Shown here piece after piece: positions 40,491 to 55,368 of a stretch of 64,000 nt of DNA (its first letter is position 1; every line of letters starts with the position of its first letter). The notes below the pieces were generated by a model, which made no database searches, had not been told where the DNA came from, and worked only from the letters and a program-made list of their open reading frames with translations. Source of the DNA: Piromyces finnis finn (Eukaryota > Fungi > Neocallimastigomycota); NCBI GenBank assembly GCA_002104945.1, contig MCFH01000045.1:62001-126000 (forward strand), written 5' to 3'. Both the position numbers and the translations under genes were made by a program.

Positions 40491-43400
40491 TAAGGATAAA
40501 ATATTTCTAAGGAATGCAAATAGAAAAAAAATTATCTATTTTTTACTAGATTTTTTTTTACCATAATTTCACCAAAAAAAAAAAAAATCAATGGGTAAAA
40601 AATATATAATTATAGAAATTAATTATATATAACATATAAACTTTTAAAATTGTTAATATTAATATAATTGTATAATAATTGGCATAAATTTTATTTAACT
40701 TTAAAATTATTTTTTTGACCATTAGCGTTTTCTTTATTAAGCAAACTATTTAATGATTTCTTTTGTGTTTTATTAATATTATCGTTTTTTTATGTTTTCG
40801 TTCTTATTATTTGATATTGTTTCATCATATAATGATTTTGGATTATTGAAAGTATCTGGTTTATTAATTTTTAAAGTATTTTTTTTTATTAAACATAGTG
40901 TTAGATTCTTTAAGTGTTGAAATTTGAATATTTTCCACACTAATAGATCATTTATGTTTAAAGTCTCACTATTGCTTTTGTTTATGTTCATAAATTTATT
41001 ATCATTGCTTTGAAATAAATTTAATATTTCAAAGTTGCTTATTCCAAATCTATACCCTATTTATATAGATATTATAAATGGAATATATAATAACATTAAA
41101 TCCTTGATATTTGAAAAAAAAAAAAAAAAAAAAATAAATAATCAATCGGAATAATTTGATAAAGAATTAAAATTAAAAAATAATAAAAGAAAATTCCTAA
41201 AAATATTGATTTTTCATATATTCTGTATCTTGAATTATTTTTTCATCTCTCTGAAGATGTACATGTGTCATAATAATATTAATATCAAGATGATTATTAA
41301 AAAACTTATTTAAATTTCAATTATATAAAATTATTATAATCTAATTTTCATATTTTAAAAAGTGACAGAGGTAGTTAAGTATAATTGTTATACAAATAAT
41401 TTTAATTTTAAAGGATTAGAAAATAAAATAAAAATTGAGAAAGACATTTAATTAGAGAATTGTATTGAAATAAAGAGATGAAATAATTATTAAAAATATA
41501 GAATTAAAAAAATAAATGAATAAAATACTTTATATATATTTTTTATAATTAATAATACTTAAAATATATATATATAAAATAATTTTATATTTTTATTTTT
41601 CAATATTTTTCAAAAAAATTGAATATCTACTTTGTTTATTTGAAGTTTTTTTATGAATAAAAATAATTATAATATATTTCAATATCAATTCTTATTATAT
41701 ATATTCAATAACAAGAAATATTTAGTTGAACATAATTAAACTATTGAAATAGTTAATTGATTCTTATACAAATATTTAATTCTTATTAAAAGAATTTATA
41801 AATGAAATAGCATTATCAATTAATTTTTATTAACACAATCTTTAAAACTCTATTATTTTTATTTTAGTTAATGTTAATTTTATATTTTATATCTTCAACT
41901 AATCTTTTAATTTTTTTTCTTTTTTAAAAAGATTTTATTTACTAAAAATTCTAAAAAAAAAGATATCAACAGCATAAATATATTTATATATATTATAAAA
42001 AAGAGCTATTATAATATATTGATAGTTTTTCTAGCATTACTTACAAGATATTTTTGTGTTATAAATAATTTAGGAATTAGTTTATGCATAAATTATATAA
42101 TTTGCACACATTTTCATAATATGCAACAAAAACTAGCACAAAAATATTTATTAAAATATACTTAAATACAAATTTAATAATCAAAAAGTATTTTAGCATT
42201 ATTATTATTACTATTATTATTATTACTATTATTAACAATAAATATTCTTATTTATTATAAAATTTTATATTAATTAAAAAATAAAAGAAGTATAATAATC
42301 TTTTCTTTTTTTATAATATCATCTATCTGGATTTTAGCCTTTTATAAAAATCAATATTATTGCCTCATCCACAATTACCAAACCTCAAGAAAAGAATTAC
42401 TATAACCACACACCTTTCCATTCATAATAAAATTAAATACTTAATATATACACATATTTGGAAAATCACTTTCTTCAGATACTCTTCTGCTTTCCAAAAG
42501 AAAAGCGACATATCCTATTTGAAGATTGATAATAAGGTTTGAATTATAATCACCACTATTTACATAATCCAATAAAAAATTTCACATTTTACATTAATTT
42601 CCACAATAGAAACAATTTTTTTCTATAATAAAAATGAAAAAAAAGAAGGGAAAAAACTTTTTTATTTTGTATAAATAATAAAAATAGGTAATGAATTATT
42701 TAAAATACAATTTTTAATCCAGTAAAGTTCCAAGATCTAGTAAAATGTAAATATTTTATTAATAAAAAATGTTTAATATTTACCTTTTTTTTAAAAAAAA
42801 AAAAAAAGAATATTTAAATTTAAATATTAATATATATTAATAATAAGAATTAATTCTATTAAAAATAATGAATCTTTTTTAAAATATTTATAAAGAATGA
42901 ATACTTTAGTAAAATATAAAAGTAACCAATATATTCTTTTTTTTTAGTACATTTTTATATAATTACATAAATATTAATATAACATTTATATTATATAAAA
43001 AATTTTTATATGAATAATATCACATATTAATTAATTAATTATCATTAATTCATTTATTTTATATTTCATTTAACTTAAACAATTTAAACAATTTTTCTTT
43101 TTTTGTTATTAATTTATGAAATTTGTATATTTTATTAAAAACAATTAATAGATTTGCTGCTGTTATAATAATAAAAGTAAAGAGTAATATTAAATTCCAT
43201 CAATCTAATTCTAATATTGATTATTAATGGAATAAGAACATCAAGTATTCATTTAATTTTGGCTTATAAATTATTAGTTTATAAAACCAAAAGTTTAAAA
43301 TTTTCTAGTTGATCTTATAATAATTAAAGTTTATATTATAATTATTAATAAATAAAATGTTAATATTTAAACATTTTAGTCTCCAACTATATATTAAATA

Positions 43401-44633
43401 TTTATACTTTTAATAAAAAAAATATTACACAACTTTTAAAAGTAGATGAAAAAAAAACCAAATAAAAAAAAAAAAAAAAGAATTACATTTTTATTCTTTT
43501 CAAGTTTAAAAAATAAAGAAAAAAAACTATAATCTCCTACACACATGAAAATATATATTTTTTATTTACTCAAAAAAAATTTTTATTAAACTAATTATTT
43601 TAAAATACTAAAATATGTTTTCAAAAATATCTATTTTTCACCCACTCAAAATAATTATGTATAATACCAAATTAATTTAAATTCTATTATTTATTTTTTA
43701 TTACTTCATCTCTTTTTGTTATAATTAAAAAAAAAAAAATTCTTTTATTTCCATATAAATCATTACTATTTAATAAATTCAATTTAAACCAATACTAATC
43801 ATATTCCTATTTAATATTTTTTTAATTAAAATAATGAGATTAAAATCAAATTTTTATTAAAAATTTTTATAATATCCAATCCATTAAACTACTCATTTTT
43901 CTATTAAATAAGATTATTTATCTTTCAAGAAATAAATTAAATAATATATTAGCTAATAATTTAAAAAGTTTATTTATTTAATAAATTAAAATTGAATTAA
44001 ATAAAAAGAATTTCAATTATTTAATTAATTTTAATTAATATTTGTAACATTTTTTTATAAAAAATAATTAATAAGATTAAGAAAAAAAATAAATTAAATT
44101 ATCTTCAATCATTTGCTTTAGAGAAAATAAGAAATAATAATAATAATTTTTTTTTATGAATAATAATGATAATTTCATTTTAATTAAAATTATTTCATTT
44201 TTACACAAATAATATTAATAGAATAATGAAAAGTATTAAATTATTTATAATCCATAAAAAGAATTTTTGGTAACCTACAACAACTAATTTTGGATGAAAA
44301 GAAATTAAATAGGGACTAATTTAAATTTAAAATAATGGATAAATAAAATGATTTATATAATTAAAAATAATAATTTCTTGATATAAAAGAGGGTTATTAT
44401 CTTTTAATTGAATTAGTATTAATAAAAGATGATATTGACACTATTATAACCCTTATAATGATCTATAGTATGACTATAATATATTATATACATAACAATT
44501 ACAAAAAATATTTGAATACTATAAATGATTATATGATGATAAGAATAGAATAAAAAAAAAAAAGTTTGGTTAAATCTAAATAATCAATAATAAATTTTCT
44601 ACATCTTGATGATTTAATATATTGTAATAATAT

Positions 44634-44882
44634 TATGGTATACCTAATAGATTAATTAATTCAAAACCGCACACTATATCATAAATTAATGATTTTCATA
44701 AATAATTAGGTAGAAAGTATATCATTATTAAAATAGTTAAACTAAGTATACAGGAATTACATTGAATAGTTTAAATGGTAGTAAATATATATAACATACT
44801 TGATTAATTCAGAATTGCATAGTATACTATAAAATAAAATATCACTTTAAACTGTTCAGCTTCATATTCCTTATATTGGAAA
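44634..44882 (+). mobile_element. Possible highly decayed retroelement integrase-core relic
   Basis: One frame reads YGIPNRLINS...LG.K...A*YT...SLYWK, with spacing similar to gypsy YGIP...LGIK...AYNT...LYG. Many stops; weak. Confidence 0.22.
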
Positions 44883-46584
44883 TCACTATTAAATAAACTA
44901 ACAAATTTTCAACAAAAAAAAAAAAACAAAAGAATAAAACTTTTTTTAAATTTTAAACGAACGTAGGACAAACTTTTGATTTTCAATTTTACTTTTTCAA
45001 TATTCATTTAATAAATAAACATTATTCCTCTAATATATATAATATATATGAATTGTATATTAAATTATATTATTTGTATTCATTATTAATTTAACCTATT
45101 GTAAGTATTATATGTAGTGTAACATTTTCTTAATACCAAAAATATCATAAGTTGGGTAACATTTTTCATTTTTATTAATAAATAAAGTTTTGTTTTTTAT
45201 TAATTTTTTATTACTTCAAAATATATTATATTAATATAATTAATATAAAATATGTGATATTAAACTTTTATATATTAAATTATTACGTAACAATAAATAA
45301 TAAACTTTAAATTCTTTAAAGTATTTTTTTTATAAATGCATTGATTTATATATTATTAAAAATTATCTTTTATTCTCTCTATATCATCTACCATCTATAG
45401 TATTTTTTATTATTAAATAGTAGAATAATAAATTACTATAATACTAAATAATATTCCAATATTGTTTAATATTAAAAGATATTTTAGTATTAAATATCTT
45501 TTATTATACTAAAAGGTATTATAATATTAAGTATAATTATTATTAATATATAACCAATGTTTTAAGCCTTCTTTTTTTTAAAACTTATAGATTTAAGAAT
45601 AATATATAAAACATTTATACATTCATTTTAAAACTATAGAAAAATATAAAGTTTAATTAATAAAAAAAAAAAAAAGATCATTAATCCATATTAAAAAAAT
45701 AAAACTTAAAACATTTATATAATTAAGATTTTATTATAGTTTTGTTTTATTTTCTATAATATAAATATAATATATCTTTTATTGGTATTCACCATTATAT
45801 TGTAATATTTTCTAATGTAATATTAATATATTATTTTAAATTTGTTAATATTTTACAATATAAAAAATTAAATTGATATTAAAAAAAAATTAAAAAATGT
45901 AAATCTTTAATTTTTTCATCAATATAAATGTCTAAACTTTTTCTTTAAATTTTTGGTTTTTTTTTTTTTTTGCATTGTTTTAAAAAGTAAAATAAAAAAA
46001 AAAAAAAAGAACAAAAAAAAATATTGAAATGATAATATAATATATTATAAATTAGATATATTATATAATAAAGTCATTTCAATATTTAATAAAAAAAAAT
46101 AAAAATAAAAATAAAATAAATAGAAAAGATGAAATAGTATTATAGCTTTTTAAAAATATATATAATATATTAATTATTTTTATTACAAAAATAATAAACA
46201 AAAATAAACTAAAAATTTTAAAACATTGATAATTATTAATAATAACTTTTAATATATATAAATATTAATATCATCAATATCAATAACAAGAATAAACCGT
46301 TGTAAATAAAATTAAATATTTATTTATTTTATAATTACTTATAAATAAATACTAATCAATAATTAGAAATAAGTAAATTTAAAAATTATATTATTAAATA
46401 AGTATTTGAAATAAAAAAAAAAATAATAAATTAATTTAAGAAAAAAATTTATTTCATATACCACTAATTATTATTTTTAAATTTACTATCTAAATAAATT
46501 TTTTCAAATATTTATAAATTTTATTATTTTTATTTCAACAGTTTTATCTTATTTATTATCCAAAATATATCATAAATATTCCTA

Positions 46585-47997
46585 ATGATGGAACATAAAA
46601 TATTTTTTATTTTATTAAATTTGATTATTCTATTGAATAATTTTGTAAATAGCCAACCAATAAAATGCAATGAAAATAAAACAAATCCTTGTGATGGTGT
46701 AAAAACCTTCGAAGGAAAAGAATACAATGAAGAGTTTATTTGCACTTATTGGGGAAATGACATGGAAACTATCTGTATACCAAAGTCTTTAAAAGATCAT
46801 ATACCTCTCCAAAAAAGAGGAACAGGATATGACAGTGAATATGGAATAATTTTCATATTATGTTTTGTTATCCCAGCTGTATTTGTAGTAATCATTTTTA
46901 CATTGGTTGTTTTTGCAAAGAAAAATGTTGAAAAATCAGAATTAAGACGTGCCCAAAATACTAATGCTTCATCCTTGAGTTCAATGAATTTCAGCTCTAA
47001 AAACCTATTATACAGTCGTGGAACATATAATGGTAGTAACAACCGTTCAGGTAATCGTTCAGGTGTTCATAACGAAAATCCAATGGATTATACCCCAAAA
47101 TCTAATCCCATAGAAATGGGTGGTATAAATAATGTAAATATGAACGGAATAAATTATAACATGGTTATGCCCAATAACTTAGATGGTATCAATAAAATAA
47201 ATAATGGTAACGAAACTCTCGATTTCAATAAACAATTGCTAATAGCAAAAAACTACAGAATTCCAGATTTTGGAACAAATTCTTTATCAAGAACTTCAAA
47301 TTCTCTATCAAGAACTCCAAACTCTTTATCAAGGACACCAAATTCATTACCAAGAACACCAATTCAAGCTAGTCCGATGAATTCACCTTATATTCAAGGA
47401 CAACAGTTCAGATTAGACTCACCAAGACAACTTACAACCGCCATTATAAAAGAAGAAAGTGTTAAAGACTATAATGGACATACCCATGAATTACCAAGCA
47501 TTCCTGTAAATGAAGAGTCCTTAAATAATAAGAAAAGTCAATATAAAAAAGAAAAATATAATAATATGAAAATGACACATCGTCCACAGCAAAATCAATA
47601 TGGATATGATAAAAGTTATAATGATATAAAAAAAGCAGAACAAAGAGTAAGTGTTAGCCCACCATTAAGAGATTGGAATGATTCTTATACTATCGATGAA
47701 TCAAAAAATAAAGATTCCTATAATGCAAAAAATGATTATTATAATAGAAAATTACAAGCAGTGGATTCTTTATCAAGAAATTATAAGCAAAGTCCACATC
47801 TTAAATATCCTAGTGAATATGTAATGGCAATAAGTCCTCCTAAAAATCAATCTATTAGTGAAAAAGAAAAAATAAATATCATTGAACAATATGATAATAG
47901 TGATGGTTACTCCACTAATTCATCACATTCCTACAATTCGGAAAAATACAAGAAAGGCTTGCCATATAAAAATTATGCTAAAAAATATAGAGAATAA
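46585..47997 (+). CDS. Type I single-pass membrane protein with a small 4-Cys ectodomain and a long disordered cytoplasmic tail, 470 aa
   Basis: Hydrophobic N-terminus; 4 Cys; LQKR; TM YGIIFILCFVIPAVFVVIIFTLVVFA followed by KK; 4x SL(S/P)RT(S/P) repeats. Confidence 0.88.
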   Translation: MMEHKIFFILLNLIILLNNFVNSQPIKCNENKTNPCDGVKTFEGKEYNEEFICTYWGNDMETICIPKSLKDHIPLQKRGTGYDSEYGIIFILCFVIPAVFVVIIFTLVVFAKKNVEKSELRRAQNTNASSLSSMNFSSKNLLYSRGTYNGSNNRSGNRSGVHNENPMDYTPKSNPIEMGGINNVNMNGINYNMVMPNNLDGINKINNGNETLDFNKQLLIAKNYRIPDFGTNSLSRTSNSLSRTPNSLSRTPNSLPRTPIQASPMNSPYIQGQQFRLDSPRQLTTAIIKEESVKDYNGHTHELPSIPVNEESLNNKKSQYKKEKYNNMKMTHRPQQNQYGYDKSYNDIKKAEQRVSVSPPLRDWNDSYTIDESKNKDSYNAKNDYYNRKLQAVDSLSRNYKQSPHLKYPSEYVMAISPPKNQSISEKEKINIIEQYDNSDGYSTNSSHSYNSEKYKKGLPYKNYAKKYRE

Positions 47998-50927
47998 ATA
48001 AATTTATAGATAGTAAAATTAAAGTTATTATAAAAGAAAGGGAAGAAAAATAAGAAATATATATAGTTTTTATTTTTTTTTTTTACTCTTTTTTTTTCCA
48101 TTCATTAAATAATTAAATTTGATTTTTTTTTAAAAAAAAAAAAAAAAAAAAGATATATAGTAAAAAAAAATAAAAAAAAATATAGAATAAAAAAAAAGTT
48201 TTTTTTTTTTATTATTCTAATTAATAGTGATATTAAATTATTGTTATTAAAATTGAATATTTTTTTTTTTTGTAATATCATTATTAAAATATAAAATTAC
48301 TTTTTTTTTTTTATAACATTCACTTTGTTAAGAAGTGTTATAAAAATAATAAAAAGTAAAACTATAGTATTTAAATTAAAATTAAAATATGAATTTACTT
48401 ATTATAAAATATATACAAAATATATAATATAATAAAGAATTCATTGTTAATTAGTTAATAGTTTTAATTAATAATAAAAATATAAATAAAACCTCAATAA
48501 TTTTTTATTTAAAAAAGAAAAAAAAATTATTCCTTTATTTTTAAACTTTTAATCCATGAAAAAAGCAATAAGTAAACCTTTATGGAGGAAGAAGAAAAAG
48601 AGTTAAAGAAAAAAAAAATCTATTTTTATTATTTACCACAGAAATAGATAAATTTGGAATATATATTTATTTATATTTCTTTTATTTTGATTATTTAATT
48701 ACTTTTATTCTTTAATTCTTTAAATATATATTTTCATTACTCTTGTCGATCTAAAGGGAAAAAAAATAAATAAAATAAACAAAATTTATTGCTAAATAAT
48801 AAAATTTTTAGTGTAACTCTAATAACTAAAAAAAAAAAATGTGTCATGGATGTTTGTTTTAAACTTTATATTTTAAATGCATTTTATATTATATTTTTTG
48901 TATATAATAAACATAAATATATATATAATATATAAAGTTTCTAGTTATTATTATCATTATTTATTATTTAATATTATTATTTAGTATATATTATTATTTT
49001 CAAGGCTTTTAAAAAATTATGTAAAATGAAGCATATTTAAAAAAAAAAAAAAATAAAACATTTAATGTTTATATATGTATAATTGATCTACCCAAATTAT
49101 TATTATCTTTATTAAATCTTAATTCCAATATATTTATGGTAATTTTTATTATTCCATTATTAAAATTTGAAACAAATTTAAATTAAAAAATGTTGTTGTT
49201 TTTTTTTTTTAATTGAAATATAATATTAATAAAAATAAAAATAGAAAATGGAACATAGAATAATAAAATATGTAACATGAAACATGTAATATGGAACAGA
49301 AAATAAAATGTAGAAAAGTGCCATGACAAAAATATAAATTAAAAGTAATTATAAATAATATATGAATATGATAATAAATATTCAGTTATTCTCATTTTGC
49401 TAATACTTCAATCATGCCTAACATCTATCACCAAAAAAGAAAGGATATTCTATAAAAAATAATTATTGGAAAAATTGTATAAAAAAAAAAAAAACTTATG
49501 AAAAGATTGTAACCATAAATTTATTTTATGGGAATTTTTTTTTTTTTTGTGACATATAACAACAAATGAAACAAAAACAAAAGAAATTTTAAATATAAAG
49601 AAATAAAATACTTTACAAAAAAAAAAAAGTTATTTAATGATATAGTATGTAATATTTTATGTATTCTAAATTACATAATTGAGAAGAAAAAAAAATTCAA
49701 TAACTATTTAGAAAATATATATATATATTTTTCAAATTCTTATTTCTTTAAAAAAAAAAAAGAGTTTTTTATATCTCTAAAATATTATTTAAATTATAAT
49801 AATGTTTTATTAATCACATCACTATTTTAGCAATCAATCAATACATGATACATGGATACATCATACATCAACATCATTGGATATTTAAAATACATTGTTT
49901 TTTCTATTTAAATTATATATTTTAAATTTTTTACAAAAAAACTTTGTAATATTCACATTTCTACCAATTCAACAGGTTTTATAATAGTTATTAACACCCT
50001 TTATTGTTATAATCAGCATTTTAACTATTAAAAAAACCTTTAAATTAGTTATTGTACAAGTAAAATTTATATTTAGAGCTATGATATAAAAATCTAAAAA
50101 AATTATATATGCAAATCTTCTTTCAGTATACACTTTCCTAACTAATACTCATTATTTTATGTTTTTTTAATTATTTATCTTTTGCATCTTTTGCATTTTT
50201 TGTACTATATAATTAAAATGTTTTTTTTATTATTGTTGTTGTTATTTATTTATTGAAATTTCTTTTGTTTTACTATTACATTTACAATTTAATCATATAT
50301 TAATAGTAGGAATAAGCCAATTATATAAAATATAAAGACCCTTTATTTTTTACTTTTATTTTTGTTATTAACATTAAAAATACTTTGTAATTATAAATAA
50401 CATTTTATTATTATTAAACCTATTTCAATAAATTTTTAATATAAACATTAATATGTATTTATTATCTTTATTTATAATGTTTAAATGTTACTTTATTAAT
50501 TAAATAATAATAATAATAATTAAAAGGCAAAGCTATAGGACATTCGACGAATTATAATTCATATTTACAATGATATTATATTTAACCTCTTAATTTTTTT
50601 TTATTTGTTTTGTTTTGTTTCCGTAGTTTTTTTTTTTTTTTTTTTTTTTTTTTGAATGCATGCATGTTTGTTTGCTTAATTAATATGATTTTCTTTTTTT
50701 TCAACAAATTTTTGAAATGAATAAATACAACTATTAAATTCACTATTAATGTTCATTTATTAATAGAAATTAGTATGCAAAATAGAAAACTAAAAATAAA
50801 TAAAAAGTAATATTATATATAAATATATAAATATGGATAATTAATGGTTTAATTTTGATTTTAATATAATTTCTTATTTAAATATGAATTTTTTACTTGA
50901 TTCAATTTAAAAAAAAAAAAAAAAAAC

Positions 50928-51257
50928 CTAATATGAAGAATATTGTTGTCTTCTTTGAGCTCTTAAAGCTTCCTTAGCAGCTTTCTTTTGCTTTTCTCTT
51001 TGTCTAATTTTTCTATGATCTCTTAAAATTTGGAATGTACGGAATAAATAAAGAGAAGCAAGCTTTGAAGTAAAACCTTGAAGGAATGGAAGTACCATGT
51101 TATTAACAACAAAAGGTTTAACATTTTTCTTTACAATGACCATCATTCCTTCTTCACTTTTTGGAATAGCAGAAACATTATTGTATTCATTTTCAAGTTT
51201 TTCTTGTTGAGATTGTATTATTTTATTGGTTTCACTAATAATTCCTTTAATTTCCAT
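50928..51257 (-). CDS. Small uncharacterised protein, 109 aa (coiled N-terminus, central hydrophobic stretch, basic C-terminus)
   Basis: Coding-like composition against an AT-rich background; AAAAATGG start context. Confidence 0.65.
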   Translation of the reverse strand: MEIKGIISETNKIIQSQQEKLENEYNNVSAIPKSEEGMMVIVKKNVKPFVVNNMVLPFLQGFTSKLASLYLFRTFQILRDHRKIRQREKQKKAAKEALRAQRRQQYSSY

Positions 51258-52616
51258 TTTGATTAAAAATTATTTAATGATTATTGTCGTTTTATTTTGT
51301 TTATTTATTTTCTTCCTTTTTTTTATTTTACTATACTCGACTTTTAAATTACAATTGATGTGTGTACAAAGTATATATATATTTAAATCCATATAGTTTA
51401 TAATTTTTGTTTTTTCAATTAATCCAAAAAAAAAAGACAGAATTATTTTATTTATTTTCAAAAAAATAATAATTTAATAAAAAAAATTAAGAGGAAAATA
51501 ATTGATTAGTAAAAACCATTTTAAATATCAATTTATAAAATTTTCTTTCTTTTTTTTTTAATATTATAATATTAATAGATTTTTAAAGATGTATTGCACC
51601 ATTTTGAATTAACTGTATTATGCTTATAGATTGTTCGCATATTATGTTATCAAAATTTTACTTTACAATCTTAGCATATTATTTTTTCTATATTTTTTTT
51701 TCAGAAATATTTAAAATTTAGCTATATATTGATAATTATTACTTCATATTTACCTCTTTTTTTTTTTAATTTTACTATAACTCCTAATACAGTTTCATTA
51801 AAAAAATATATTAACAAAACTTTTAAAAAAAAAAAAACAATATTTCATATAATATTATTATTTATTAAAATAAAACATAAATATTTAGAAATTAATGAGT
51901 ATCATATGATATATAAAGCTTTATTAATTAATAAAGTTTTAAGTAAATATTAATTTATTAAATATAACTTGTACTACATAAAAACTGTCATTCTTCTTTA
52001 TAATAATAATAAATATTCATTGATAATAAAACAAAACAAAAAAAACACACTTTTATTGTCTAATAATATTACTTATATAATCATTTATATATTTAAAAGA
52101 TAATAAAGTAGTAAACAGTTATTTTTCATTTTGTTAATAATTCATTCATTTAATAGTACTTTTTTAATCACAATTTTTTTTTTTTTGTTTTTATTAATTA
52201 CAATAAATATCGTAAAACAAATTAAAATTTTTTTAATAAAAATTTTAAATTATTTCCAATAATAAATACTATAAATAATAAAAATAAATACAAATTAAAA
52301 AAAAAAAAAAGGGTTTAAACAATAACATAACAACTTTAAAAAAAATAATAATAATAATAAATATTTAAAAAGAGAAGCATAAATATATAAAAAAAAAAAG
52401 TACACAAAATAATAATATCTTGAAAAATAAATACTTTAAATTATTAATACTATATTCTAAAGTATATTATTTTATATTTATTTGTTTACTCTTTGTAGTA
52501 AAGCCAAAGGTTAAATATTACAATATACAATATAATCTTTCAAATCAATTGCATAATAATAAAAGGGAGAATTAAAATATATATTTAAAAAGAAAAAAAT
52601 AAAATAAAATTTCAAA

Positions 52617-53172
52617 ATGGGTCAATGTTTAGGAAAACCAAAAAATGTTAAAACTCATGATTCATACAAATTAGAAAAAGTATCAGAAAAAAACACCACA
52701 GAAGAAAGTGTTGAAGAAAAAAGACGTAAAGCTGCTGAAGCTGCTGAAAAAAGGATAGAAAAAGTAAATCTATAAAATATTATAATTTATTTTTTTAAAA
52801 AATATATATATATATATAAATATAATATTTTTTTCTCCAAATTTGTAATGCTTATTTTTATTATTTTTTTATTCCATTATATTTCCTATAAAATTTTATA
52901 AAATCAAAATCGTTTATTTAATTACCTAAAAGCAAACTAATAAAGGTGTTATTGGCAATGGTGGAAAATTAAGTAAAAATATTGAAAAACAAAAATCTGT
53001 TTCTAAAACAGAATATCACCCAGAAAATAAAGCTTTAGACCCAGCAATAGTAAATATTTTAAATTTAATGTTCTTCATTTATAAAAAATTTGATAAAATA
53101 TCTAATCATTCTTTTTTTGAAAAAAATAATAATAATGTTTTAATTCAATACTCTTTTTAAAAGTGGAATTAA
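52617..53172 (+). CDS. SVIP: SVIP-like small VCP/p97(Cdc48)-interacting protein, 3 exons, 90 aa (absent from the ORF track)
   Basis: Exons 52617-52763, 52933-53049 and 53164-53172 splice in frame. MGQC myristoylation/palmitoylation start; VIM motif RRKAAEAAEKR (RX5AAX2R); near-terminal Trp. Confidence 0.8.
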
Positions 53173-55368
53173 ATAATTACTTAATATTAAAGCAAAACAA
53201 GGTAATAATTTGAAATAAATGAAAATATTAAAATACACTTAATTATTAAAACTATCATTTAATATTTTATCTAAATATGCATTATGCTATTCATAATCCA
53301 TATTCATTGATTTATAATGAAAATGATAATAGTTAAAATAACTATTAATTAATTGTTACTATTATCTATTATCTATTTCTTATCCAAATCATTTCAATAA
53401 TAATATATAATGTTATATTTATCATTATAATAGATAAATATATATTTTTTTTTTCTATCCTGATATACTTTATTAATAATAATAATGTAAAAATAATTAA
53501 TAAAAAGTATATATATTAATAAAAAATTAACTAATTTCAAATAAGAATTATACTTACTCCACTTTATAAAAGATCTTTGTTTAATTTTTAAAATAATTAT
53601 CTAGATAATAACAGATATTTAATATTAAAGAATATATAATTGTTTTTATAATAAGCATATTCCGTTTTTGTATAACCTATCTTATTACCTTATTACTAAC
53701 ACAATTTTTTAAAAAGCAATAAAGATATTTCAAAAAATATATTTAGCATATTTATTTAATACTATATTGATATATCTATTTAATTTATTATTTTTTATAT
53801 TTTTCTTTTTTTTATATTATGTTTTTAGTATAATAATCACATATTATATCATATATATCATATATATTATTTTATTATTAATATTTAATAATTATTATAA
53901 TAAAAATTTAGTTTTATAAATGTGGTAAGAGTACTTTTATGTATATTCATATATAGTTAAGCGTATTGTTATTAATTATTAAAACTAATAGTAAAAATTT
54001 GTGGATTATTTTCCTTTATCTTTTCTATTTGTCAATCTTATATAAAAAAATAATAAAATAAAATAAAATAAAATAAAGTATTATAACAAACTATAATTAA
54101 TAAGTAATATTAATAAAATATAAATTTAAATTAAAATTAGTACTTTATTATAATTTATTATAAAAAAAAAAAAACAATATAGGTAGTATAAAATTGAAAA
54201 TATTTCATTTCATTTACTTTTTATAGTAGTACAAAAAGTTATTCATATTTTTAGAGACAAACTGATTTACTATGGATTATCCATTTTCATGAAGAATAAA
54301 TGAAATTAATGTTTTATATAATTATACCTTTTTATACATACTTATTTTATTCATACCTTTCTTTTATTACTTATAAAAAATGCTCTATTGAAATTCCTTA
54401 TTCTATTTTTCTTTTTTTCATTTATGGTATTTTCTAGTTGTGGCTATAAAAATGATTTAAAGTCACATTATCATGTATATCATGTATAGACAAATAAAAA
54501 GCTTCTTTTATTATAACAAATGGTTTTATTCAATGCATTCCTATCTATTCAAATAATTGTTTAAATAATTGGATTTAGTAGTTTATTATTATAAATAGTT
54601 CATTATCGTATTTTCTAATTATTCTATTACCAAAAAAAAAAAGTAAAATCATTCTTTATATTTTCTATCTATTTACTTTTTTAAATTTGAAAATTTTATT
54701 TAATAATAAAAGAAAGTACATTAATTCTTTTGAAAAATTTTTAATATATGTAATAAAATCTAGTAAATATAATCTAATATATAATGATAATATATTTGAT
54801 GGATTGATTTTTTAATAATTAAAAATTTTAAAATAAAATTAAATATTTAATTTTATGTATATTTTTACACATAAAAAAAAAAGATATAAATACTAACAGT
54901 AACACTTTTACACTCTTCTTTTACTAAATAGCATTTTATTATAGAATAACTAGAAAATAAAAATAATAATAAGGTATACAATTTACAAATATGATAGTAT
55001 AGTATAAAAAATAAATATATTATTTTATAATAAGAAGTTCTTTTAAAAAAAAAAAACTTTTATATGAAATGTAAAATGTCAATATTTACTTCTTAAACAT
55101 TCATAATTTTATTTTGTTATGTATTTTTCTACATTACCTAATTTAAAAAAAAAAAAAAAAAAGTTCAATTTGAGAAATTTATATAAACATTATTTTTTAT
55201 TATTATTATTTATTAATTTATTTGAATAATTAACAAATTAACAATTAAATTTCAAAAAAATTCTTACAACTAATAGTGTATTTATTTTCAACAATATGAA
55301 ATTAGAATTGAAAATACTGTCTTAGTATAAACCTTGAAAAAAGTAATAAAAAAAAAACATAAAACATA

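Noticed and set aside
40779-40991. 70-aa minus ORF
   Set aside because: Low complexity, apparent frame switches and no motif; at best a decayed fragment.
42340-42600. Minus-strand LVIVDEA Walker-B-like peptide in a GC-richer patch
   Set aside because: Isolated motif among stops with no Walker A; possibly a relic but unsupported.
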